A stretch of DNA of 64,000 nucleotides from Macrostomum lignano (lineage: Eukaryota): positions 372,001-436,000 of the forward strand of contig NIVC01000628.1 of assembly GCA_002269645.1 (NCBI GenBank), written 5' to 3'. Below the pieces are notes generated by a model. The model was given only the letters and a program-made list of their open reading frames with translations. It was not told the origin of the DNA and ran no database searches. Positions 1 to 10,600 of the stretch are shown piece after piece. A program made the translations under genes and the position numbers. Numbering within the stretch: the stretch's first letter is position 1; each line of letters opens with the position of its first letter.

Positions 1-2353
1 TTTGAATAGTTGGTTTCTGCCTGTGTGAGCGCCCTGGACATGAACATGACGGGATGTCCAGATTGGACCAGCACCGCGCCCAAGGACTTCTCGCTCGCAT
101 CGACTCGAAGACAGACAGGCGCGGAAACATCAAACGGCTTGATGCACGGGTTTGAGGCCAGACTCCTTTTGACCTCCGAAAATGCCGCCTCAGCCACCGC
201 GTTCCATTCAAAGACCCGGTCACCGCGGCGAAGCTCCTGAAGAGGCCGACATTTCTCAGAAAAGTTTGGAACCAGCCGTCCATAAAATTGAGCCAGTCCT
301 AGAAATCTCTCCAAATCTTTCTTGGTCTTCGGCACCTCGACATCCATCACACGTTTCACCATGCCCGGATCGGGTTTTATTCCTTCATCATCAATAATGT
401 GACCAAGAAACTTCAGGCTGTTGGCTTCCATCACGCACTTCGCCTCGTTGATCTTGACATTTGCGGCCTTTAACTTGTTGAGCACCTGCTCCCTAATTTT
501 CTGCAACTCTGCCCGGCTTGCAGCACCGATCAGCACATCGTCCTGATATACTATGACACATGGATGGTCTCCCAGGAGCTTTTCCATCACACGTTGAAAA
601 ACAGATGGCGACACCTTAATGCCATACGGCAACCGGTTAAACCTGTAGCAACCAAACGGAGTGTTTATGGTGGTCACCGCCTTCGATTCCTCATCCAGGG
701 GAACCTGATAGTACGCATCCGATAGGTCCAACCGACAGAACAGCTTCTTGTTGGCCATTTTCGAAAAGGCTGTCTCAATCGAGGGAGTGAGGAAGGTCTG
801 GTCTTGAACCAACCGATTAACAGCCGAATAATCTCCACAAATTCTCACGGATGCCCGATCTGACTTCACCGTCACCACAATTGGACTGCCCCATTCCGAC
901 GACATCACCTTCTCAACGATTCCAGCACTTTCCATCAGGTCCAGCTCCTTCTTAACCAAGTGCTTCAGCGCTAAGGGCAGTTCTCTGGCTGCCTGGAAAA
1001 TTGGCCTAGCTCCAGCACAAAGACGGATTTCTCCCGTAGCACCAGATATTCCCAACAAGCTCTCATACCTGTTGCTGGCGGCTGACTCATCAGAACTGGC
1101 ATGGTGCACCGGTGCGAGGACCAGCAGATTCCGGCCGAGCAGCCCAAACTCCTGTTGGCAGTCGATGACGGGCAGCTCTGCCGCCTTGAAGCGGCCGATG
1201 TTGCCAGTGGTCTCCACCAGGCATTCCAGAACGCCCATCTGTCTCATAACGTGTCCGTCATACGCCAGCATGCGCGACTTCGCTGACTTCAGCGGGGGCC
1301 TTCCGAGCTCATTCCAGATCCTTCGTGAGATTAACGAGCAGGAGGCACCGCTGTCCTTCTCCATCAGTACTTCTCTGTGATTGATTTTCACAGTGCAGAA
1401 CTCGGCAGGCTTTCCTTCTCCACAGTAGAAAACGGGCTCATCACGATAGGAGTCTTCTGGACTCAGCTGAGTGCCGACTGCTTCAGCTGGGGCAGCGAAG
1501 TGGGTCCTGGCACCGCGGCACACACGGGCAAAGTGGCCAGGCTTTCCACATTGATTGCAGGTGGCTCTCAGGGCTCGGCAGTCAGCGGGCTTCTGGTGCG
1601 ATCTCAACCCGCAACGCTGACAGCGCTGTTGTCCGAAGTTCTGCTTCTGCCTCATAACCGAATTAACGTTGACAGAGCCGGAGCTATCCGGATGGCAGTG
1701 AGCTTCATCAGCCGTAGTCAGACCCGCGGTCGACAGCGACCTAGCCTGGTGCACCACTGAATCCACAAGAGTCGAGTGAGCAGCAGCCTGGGACCCAGCT
1801 GAAAAGTTGCTGACCATCAGCAGCTGCTGAACATATTCTGTGACCTGATCGACCGTCAGTTCTTGAGTAACTTCACGCTCGAGCACCTTGTTCCTGATGT
1901 TCGAGTTGGCCAGACCGGCAATGAGCCGCATCTTGATGAGCGCTTCGGCGGGGTCCGCTCCTTCCTTTTTCAGGCTCTCGAACTCGCATACGACGGCTTG
2001 CTCCCTGAGACGAGCGGCATAGCTGGTGACGGTTTCGCCTTCGGCCTGGCGCATAGACATGAAGGCTGTCCTCTCAGCGATCTGCAGTTTCTTCTTGGGC
2101 TCCACAAACGCCAGTAGGCATTGCTTGATTTCAGACCATTTCATCGCAGACGGGTTTTTTTTGAGCAACCAGCTGCTTGACTTTTATGAGCTCAGCGACC
2201 CCGAGGCAGCCCATGAAAGCGTCGGTCAGCGCTCGTCTCTCGTCGGTATCTTCGACTCCTTTGGATCTGGCCTGGGCGTCAAATACTTCAACCCAGGTGC
2301 GAAGCTCATCTATGTTGCTCAACGGCAGCGTCTCTCTCAATTTGATGCTCATT

Positions 2354-2371
2354 ATCCTGCTTGCGACGCCA
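2354..2371 (-). promoter_or_regulatory. Primer-binding site TGGCGTCGCAAGCAGGAT
   Basis: Complement reads ATCCTGCTTGCGACGCCA, a tRNA-like 3' end with CCA. It resembles tRNA-Ser ends, but identity is not confirmed. Confidence 0.75.
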
Positions 2372-2374
2372 AAA

Positions 2375-2664
2375 TGTTAGTCTAGGAAAACTGAGTCAAG
2401 TCATGTTTGCAAGCGAAGGAGAATACCATTGAAAGATCTCTACCGAAGTGACGAAAGTATTTATTTGACTACATAACACGAAACCACGTACATCAGTAGA
2501 CAAATGCCATCCGATTGGCTGGGGGTTAAAACCATGCACACTGGCAAGCACAAATGTACACAGGTAGGGGTAAAACGATAGCGCGCAAGAATGATCAGTC
2601 ACGGGAGGGAGAGAGAGAGAGAGACAAGTGAAACAACATGAAAAACCAAAGTACAACCCCAACA
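2375..2664 (-). repeat. 5' LTR (290 bp) of the Gypsy element
   Basis: TGTTGG...CTAACA termini on the minus strand, followed after 3 nt by the PBS and then the gag ATG at 2352. Confidence 0.8.
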
Positions 2665-2769
2665 ATAAGGATATACATCTTTATCACCTTTTAGGCCTAC
2701 ATTTCTGCAACCAAAATTTCTTGAAATTGTTTTAATTTATAGTAATGTCTGTCATTGTCTCATTTTTAG

Positions 2770-3849
2770 ATGCCTATAAGATGCTGTATACCAAAGTGCA
2801 AAGGTAACCATACTAGTGAATCTGATAAGGTTTCAGTCTATGGTTTCCCTACTAACCCGGATAATCTCAAGAGATGGACCAATGCCCTTCCAAGCCAGAT
2901 TAAGGTATAATTAAGGTATCTTTATTTGTTGTTTTTAGATTGTTACTCTTTCTACATTTGAAGTATTTGAATTATTATTGAACCCTATTCCCTTAACTTA
3001 CAGACAGTTACCAAATTCATGGGTATATGCCAGCATCATTGGCCTAAAGATGTGTCCATGCTAAAGGTCAAGCACTTTACTTGACCTGTTGTTCCTCTAT
3101 TTATATTCCCTAATGTCTTGAAGAGCTCCTTGAAGTTAGACTCTGCCAAGTGAATATGCTACAAGTATTATTCACTACTTTTTTCTGTGCATATTCTGCA
3201 TTTCACATGGACACAGATCTTTCATTATTGTGCCTATCTTTAGAGATATCTAGAAATGTTACAAAACAGAGTTTTGCTTGCCAAACAAACAGAGCTTCCT
3301 AATGAACTCAAGAAGTTCAATGCTGGTGACAAGATCTGCTCATGCTTATGGAATGATTTGGCCAACACTGCTGACTGTCTTGAGTTTGTTGAAAATCATG
3401 GGTGGCTTGTCCAGCAAGCAACAAAGCTTTAATTTATTATTATTTGGGACCTAACAATTGAATTTTCTGTGACAGTTTGAGATGACCTCACTGTCTTGGT
3501 GCATCAAAAGAACATATTAATTTCAGTACACGACCTACTTGGATTCAAGTGCCACTTGGAATGCTTTAGCCAGTTGGAGGCCATTGCTAATTGTGTTAGA
3601 CAAGCTAGTATCATTGTGACTGATGAGATCTCTAGTCACATGTCTGCAATGCAGGCTCTCAACTGCAAATCTGGTGACTTTCAACAGCAGTTCCTTCTGC
3701 ACCAGTTGAACCTAAGAACAAAACAGTCAACTGGACAGTGCTACTTGCTGGAAGACATTCTAACAGCTGCTAGATTGCTTTTTGCAGGGAGATGTGTAAA
3801 TAATACCTTGCGAGACTTAATATCAGTACCATATGAAGTTACTATATAG
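2770..3849 (+). pseudogene. Decayed THAP-domain (P-element/THAP9-like) transposase
   Basis: Exon 2770-2904 MPIRCCIPKCKGNHT..VSVYGFPTNPDNLKRWTNALP; GT-AG intron 2905-3003; then TVTKFMGICQHHWPKD.., completing the C2CH THAP motif. In-frame TGA at 3082. Downstream RQASIIVTDEI resembles the first catalytic-D region. Confidence 0.65.
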
Positions 3850-4328
3850 CATTATCCTAGAGGCCTTAGTACAATAGCCAGTGATGAGGATTGTTGGTTG
3901 ATTGTATAGGCTCAATTTGAATCTGCCAAAACCTCACAAAGGTGCTGCTCCATTAGAAAGCTAAATATCAACATTTGAATATGATTGCAATTTCTAACAA
4001 CTTCAACACATTTTGCACACTATGATGCATCGTCAGGATTTTATTAGAATGATTTGAGAAAGTGAGATTGAAAACAATTGATTAAACATTGGTTTTTGCA
4101 ACGTACACAGGTAAGGAGGATAAGATTGAAAACAATTGATTACAATTTGGCTTAAACAACATACATAGGTAGGTAGGTAGAAGAGAAAATTATAGATTGA
4201 GATTGAAAATTAAACCAAATGTACACAATTCTTGTTCAGTGGTCAAAAGGCAGAATCAGGGGCAGTAGCTTAAGTAATTGAACATCAAGTTAAGTGTAGA
4301 CAGCGTACACAATTGTGTCACTCACTGA

Positions 4329-5000
4329 TCAGAAAACGCGGAGAATGTGACCTGCACCACTATGTTGTAATTGGGTGTTGAGATTTGGGGTCTGAGCTTT
4401 TATGTGCAGGGCCTCAAGAATTCTAAGTTTGGCGTCAGTATGGCGTCAGTATGGCTTTGGTCAATGATTTTGAAATGTTTTTCTGGTTTGCAGTCATTGC
4501 AATTAGTGCATTCAAGGAGGGGAGTTTGTATAGCAGATGGTTTGAGCCAGTGTTCCCTGATCCTCGTGTGTAGGTGTCTTTTGGTTTTCCCCACGTAGGA
4601 GACGCTCTGGTCTACAGAGCAGTTAAATTGGTAGACAAAACTGGTACGCAGAGTACAAGGAACACGCGAATTTAATCTGCTAACAAAGTTCCCAATCTTT
4701 TTTGTGTAGAAGACGACCCGGATGTTACAATTGAAAGAGGCAAAGAATAACCTATGAATTCTATTTTTAAAGGCTAGAGATGGAGGTCCGAGGAAGGGGA
4801 GACGCAGAATGGGTTCAAATTCTTCAGTGGTAACAGATTGCTCAGGTTTTTGTTTGGTGATTTTGTCCAAGATGAACTTGTTGATGATTTTTTGAACCAG
4901 AAAAATGGGGTAATCATTTTGATGGAACAGTCTGGTGAGGAACTGCACCTCCCAGTCAAATTTGATCCAGGTGTTACAGGTAGTGAAAGCTCTATGGACC
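4329..5000 (-). mobile_element. Penelope-like element, 5'-truncated (RT thumb and GIY-YIG endonuclease)
   Basis: HRAFTTCNTWIKFDWEVQFLTRLFHQNDYP..SFVYQFNCSVDQSVSYVGKTKRHLHTRIREH. An 11-bp tandem duplication at 4430-4451 frameshifts the C-terminus; the restored end is LRILEALHIKAQTPNLNTQ..RVF*. Confidence 0.9.
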
Positions 5001-5037
5001 TAAATTACAAATATAAATTATTATACTATTTATGCAT

Positions 5038-5675
5038 TAGTGATAGATGGAATATAGATTTTTGCAAGTTTCCATTTCCAAAACCTAATCTAAATGTACA
5101 AAAAAGTTCTGAATCTGAATCCAAATATCCAAATATGTTTCCAAATGTAGACAAAAGTAAATGGTAAATGGTAGGAATAACTATGACATCCTTCAATGAT
5201 AAAAATGCCTCATCAGATCTATTAGTAATCATATTAGTATTGTACATTAATTTACTGACAATATTCAATCTAATCTCGGGCTTATAGTATATCTATCTAG
5301 TATCTGAACTGAATTGAAGTTAGAATTGAACTCAATTCTTATATATCAAATCTAACTAATTCTAATTACTAACTGACATTATGTTTGTGAAATTTGATAA
5401 CTTTATTGTGTACAGTGCATGTAAAGTCTGTTGCATTTGCATTTTGAAAAAAGTGATAATTAGGCCTACACTTAAACAATGATTACTACAATTAAATGTT
5501 TCTGCAACTTTAGGTTGAATGCCTCAAAGGTCTCAAAGTTAAGTAACTTTACTTAATAATACTTGCACATTTGGAAATTTGGAAAATAAAATTTCTGAAT
5601 CCAAAACATTCAGATTTCTAAAAAATGAGACTTTTTGGATTTGGATCTGAATCCAAATATTTGGATCTATCACTA
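5038..5675. mobile_element. Non-autonomous hAT-type MITE
   Basis: 11-bp TIR TAGTGATAGAT/ATCTATCACTA; flanks TTATGCAT and ATATGCAT match at 7/8 (8-bp TSD); internal (GG)ATCTGAATCC-type repeats. Confidence 0.7.
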
Positions 5676-6716
5676 ATATGCATATTATAAATATAATAGC
5701 AAAAAGAATAATACTAGGCCTAATCTGATCAATATAATTAAAAAAGAAACTCTAATTTATTTTATAAGAATTTGGACTACTTCAAAAGCAAAATATAAAA
5801 AATATGTCATATAGGGCCATTTTAGTGATAGGCCTAAGCACTTTGGCAACAAGAAATTTTGACAATAGTCATTTTGGCAACAATTTTAGGCCATTTTTGT
5901 CTATAGGCGTATTTATTATGCCATTGCCATGGGCATGGATTTTTCCTCTAAAAATCAGTAGGGCCTATTTGATACCTTTATATGTTGTCAGCAATTGACA
6001 ATTATGAATTTTTAATTGACTTGTACAGCATATTTAAGTCTGCGCTATTTCAGGTTTTAGGTCATGTGGGCTGTGTGCATCAGTGCATGGCGATTGAGTG
6101 AGTGCAGCTAGTGCATGCCCGCGGGTTTGTTAACGGATATATCAGATTAAACTTGCAGCCATTTTCGAAAAAAATATTGTCTAAATAAAATTTTAACTAA
6201 CAGTTAGAGTTAAAAATACTCTTTTGTTACTAATAAGCTGCTGGATCTAATCGGGTATTGTTAAAACACTTAGTTTTAGAGTACACTTGTTGTAATGCAT
6301 AAAATGATCGTCTTGAAAACCCAGTCACCTTCTTATTGACAACGATGAGAAGGATGGATAAAAAATTATTTGAATACGATCTTCACTCCTACCAGGGACA
6401 AGAATACACCGATAAAACGAGAAAAGTTTTTGCTTCCTTGGCTAAAAACTATATAAATAAGAAGAAACTAATTATATAAGAAAATCGATTAGCTACACAT
6501 GTACATGTATATGCAGATCATCGATATCATTACTATTTAGACGATATAGGACATGTAATCGACGCTTCCCAAAATTATTTAATTATTTTGATTAAATTTG
6601 CCCTAATGGCAGATACATTGCAACCGACAGCTCAGCAGAAGCTAAATTGCAACGGCACATCTGAAGTCATGCGTCGTATTGTATGGCATGTTCAGTCCAA
6701 CAATAGGCCGCGGACT

Positions 6717-6875
6717 GGGTGAGTCACCATGCATGTATACACCTCAATACCCGAGCTAATGCTGGTAGCCATTTTACAGGTGGGTGAACTGAAGCAATGC
6801 AGAGTTAAATGTCTTGCTGAGGGACACAATTGTTCCGAGTGGGTCGAGAATGGAATTACCTTCAAGTCGTGAGCG
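6717..6875 (-). mobile_element. Partial, diverged copy of SINE family 1
   Basis: Shares GGGTGAACTGAAGCAATGCAGAGTTAA..TGTTCCGAGTGGGTCGAGAAT with 22065-22125. Confidence 0.8.
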
Positions 6876-7683
6876 ATCTAACGCTGATCTATATAATTAT
6901 AGTCACTTGGGCTACAAACCCCTCCAAAATTGCTATGTAATGATTACAACAAGAGTGGTTATAAAGGACTAATAGCACCAGTGGTGCCCCATGCTACGAA
7001 GAGGAAAAGGGGAAAGGGAAGTGAAAGAAGGTGGGGAGACGAGATGATGGAAGGAGAACAAGATAAAGAGAAGCCAAACTGATGATCTACGTGGTCTACT
7101 TGTCTTTGAGGTATCTGAATTGAATCGATGTTTTAAAAAGCTTAATTTTGCTTTTAAAAAGCTTGCAAATGTACAACACCGTTCGATCAATAATAATTTA
7201 ATAGAAATTTTACTGTACTGCATGTGCATCGAATCAGCGCTAAATGGATCAGCAAGGCCCCAAAATGGCGTGGCATTTGTGTATAATTGTGCATAATGTG
7301 GTAAATTACTTGTACAGTATAGTAGCTATCGAGAACGTTCATTTCACGTATTAACGTCTACATTTTAATTCTGCATGCATATCGCAGATCGCGTTCGAAT
7401 TTGCGCCTCTACGGCTGTGCGTGAATAAACATTCGAACCTGCAAGCTAAATATAAAATCTACATGAAAAGAAGTTGTTCTTGGTCAATTAGAAACCGGAA
7501 AACAATTCTCGGATATAAATTTAATTTGCACATTCATTTTATAAACGACTGCACGTCGATCGTCCAGATTGAAACTAAGGCTTGATATATACGGAAACAT
7601 CTGAATTAAAATCATTCCAACAGCCCAGCGTATTCCGGCACTAGATGTGAAAGCAAACAAGTAAGCCAGGAATCAGCCATTTG

Positions 7684-10600
7684 ATGGAGCGAACTTCTGA
7701 CTTAGCTAGATTGTCAGGTGAGTGCCTAAGTGGCAAAAAGGCTTTGAATGAAATTCATTGACAGCAGCTGCAACAGCTATAACTTCTACCCTCCCTCAGC
7801 CCTCAGTTGGCAGCTATTCCCTCTTACCCTCCCTCAGCCCTCAGTTGGCAGCTATTCCCTCTTACCCTCCCTCAGCCCTCAGTTGGCAGCTATTCCCTCT
7901 TACCCTCCCTCAGCCCTCAGTTGGCAGCTATTCCCTCTTACCCTCCCTCAGCCCTCAGTTGGCAGCTATTCCCTCTTACCCTCCCTCAGCCCTCAGTTGG
8001 CAGCTATTCCCCTCTTACCCTCCCTCAGCCCTCAGTTGGCAGCTATTCCCTCTTACCCTCCCTCAGTCCTCAGTTGGCAGCTAATCCCCTCTTACCCTCC
8101 CTCAGCCCTCAGTCGGCAGCTATTCCCTCTTACCCTCCCTCAGTCCTCAGTTGGCAGCTATTCCCTCTTACCCTCCCTCAGCCCTCAGTCGGCAGCTAAT
8201 CCCCTCTTACCCTCCCTCAGCCCTCAGTCGGCAGCTAATCCCCTCTTACCCTCCCTCAGTCCTCAGTTGGCAGCTATTCCCTCTTACCCTCCCTCAGTCC
8301 TCAGTTGGCAGCTATTCCCTCTTACCCTCCCTCAGCCCTCAGTCGGCAGCTAATCCCCTCTTACCCTCCCTCAGCCCTCAGTCGGCAGCTAATCCCCTCT
8401 TACCCTCCCTCAGCCCTCAGTCGGCAGCTATTCCCTCTTACCCTCCCTCAGTCCTCAGTTGGCAGCTATTCCCTCTTACCCTCCCTCAGCCCTCAGTCGG
8501 CAGCTATTCCCTCTTACCCTCCCTCAGTCCTCAGTCGGCAGCTATTCCCTCTTACCCTCCCTCAGCCCTCAGTCGGCAGCTATTCCCTCTTACCCTCCCT
8601 CAGCCCTCAGTCGGCAGCTATTCCCTCTTACCCTCCCTCAGTCCTCAGTTGGCAGCTATTCCCTCTTACCCTCCCTCAGCCCTCAGTTGGCAGCTATTCC
8701 CTCTTAGCTGCGGCAGCCAATCCCCTCTATATTTTTACAGTCGAGCATCTGAACTCGCACAAGTTCGCTTCGAAAGGTCCGGATTGCAGGGGATGCCTCA
8801 TCAGACGCGAGCAATGTCCCAAAACTGGGGAAGCTTTTTGTAAGTGTTAAACTAATTATCTTTATGCCTCACTTTCTGGATAAGAGATTGGAAGAGTCCT
8901 AAAACTTTCTGTCACGCACACTCATACACACGCTCACACAAAGTGTACGCTCGTACAGCGGCCCTTAGGCATGTACACTTTCTGTGCCTTCGGGGTTGGC
9001 CATCATGGCTGTATCTCACGACAAACCTCCGGCCAATTTTCGTTCACAAGCTCTGTCCCCCGAATCTACTCGTAAGTGTCCATGTTGTTAACATCTCGAT
9101 TTTATTGATCCAACTTTCAGACATGATTTACCACGCCATCCTTCGAGCCCACCATCTGTTCCTGTTTTGTAACGAGAAAGCCGAATCTTGTCAGGGCGTC
9201 ATCGACCTTCGACTACCAATGTGAGCGCGCCCCCCCCCCCTGAACTGGCATCCACTCAGATAAACTGGCACTCACTCAGATGAACTGGCACTCACTCAGA
9301 TGAACTGGCACTCACTCAGATGACCTGGCACCCACTCAGATAAACTGGCACCAACTCAGATGAACTGGCACTCACTCAGATGAACTGGTACTCACTAAGA
9401 TGACCTGGCACCCACTCAGATGAACTGGAACCCACTCAGATGAACTGGAACCCACTCAGATGAACCGGCACTCACTTAGATGAACTGGCACTCACTTAGG
9501 TGAACTGGCAATCACTCAGATAAACTGGCACCCACTCTAATAAACTGGCAGCTACTCAGATAAACTGGCACCCACTGTAATTAACTGGCACCATCCCCCA
9601 AAAGACGCCCCCAATTAAAACCCCGGCCTCGCTAGTATAACAAATTATCTCGAACTCTCAAACTGTCAGCCGCGAATTCAAGCCGGACTCCAGCTGGCCT
9701 CACTGCGGCGAGTGCTTCGAGCTTGGCGCCGCCGCCGCCGACGCCGCCGACGCCTGGACGGTCGGCGTCCCGCTGTCCGGCGGCGGCCGCTGGCGGGGCC
9801 CGTTCAACGCCTACGCAAAGTCAGCCGTGTGCGGCCTGGAGGCACCTGGCGGCGAGGACGAATACGAGGACGGCGAGGAGGCCAACGAGGGAGGCGAGCT
9901 CGACGAGTTGCTGGCCTCGCTGCCCGAACGACCGGCGCCCGCAGTCACCGAGTCGGCGTCTGCCTCAGATTCGGGAAGTTTTTCGAGGTAGGCCTAGTTC
10001 AAGCAATAGCAGCTCATTCTACTTGTCTATGGCCCAAACATCGTCATATACTACTATTAACTACATACTACTATTTCATTACATACTACTATTTCACTAC
10101 ATACTACTATTTCATTTACATACTACTATTTCACTACATACTACTATTTCACTACATACTACTATTCACAACATACTACTATTGACTACATACTATTATT
10201 TCACTAGACACAACTATTTCACTACATACTACTATCTCACTACATACTACTATTTCACTACATACTACTATTTCACTACATACTACTATTTCAGCGGCAA
10301 GCCGCGACCTCCACCACCGCGTCGTCGGGGTTCGGTGCTCAGTGGAGGCCTCCCGGCGGCATCTTCCTCGTCGCCGTCGCCGACATTGCCGCTCGGCCAG
10401 ACAACGACTCTGTCGCCGCCGCTGCCAACATCGTCAGCGCCGGCGACGAAAGAGAAGCCGCGCCCGCCAGTGAGGTCGACTACATCCGGGCAGCCGGCAC
10501 GTCCTATTTCAACGGAGCCTGACAGGCCGCAGCTGCCGCCGAAACTGCCTCCTTCATCTACCGAAACTCAGCCGTCATTGCCACCCAAACTGCCTCCATC

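Larger units (their letters stand above)
1..2664 (-). mobile_element. Ty3/Gypsy LTR retrotransposon (5' LTR, PBS, gag-pol); 3' part lies outside the window
   Basis: Minus-strand translation gives gag with a CCHC knuckle CNQCGKPGHFARVC (1518-1559), protease MEKDSGAS (DSG 1347-1355), RT VIVYQDDVLIG (YQDD 537-548) and RNase H LRVDASEKSLGAVL (near 70-110). PR-RT-RH order fits Gypsy. Confidence 0.95.

Noticed and set aside
3496-3849. Pif1/Helitron helicase (IIVTDEIS, GDFQQ)
   Set aside because: No Walker A motif; the upstream THAP domain makes a P-type transposase the simpler explanation.
7748-8850. Pro/Ser-rich ORFs; likewise repeat ORFs at 15.9-16.3, 24.6-26.2, 27.0-27.6, 47.3-47.8, 55.5-56.3 and 62.4-63.7 kb
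   Set aside because: Translations of stop-poor tandem repeats, mostly within introns or transposons.
9723-10294. N-terminus of the 602-aa ORF
   Set aside because: Wrong frame for the PH exon and reads through an 18-bp repeat intron; the true exon starts at 10295.
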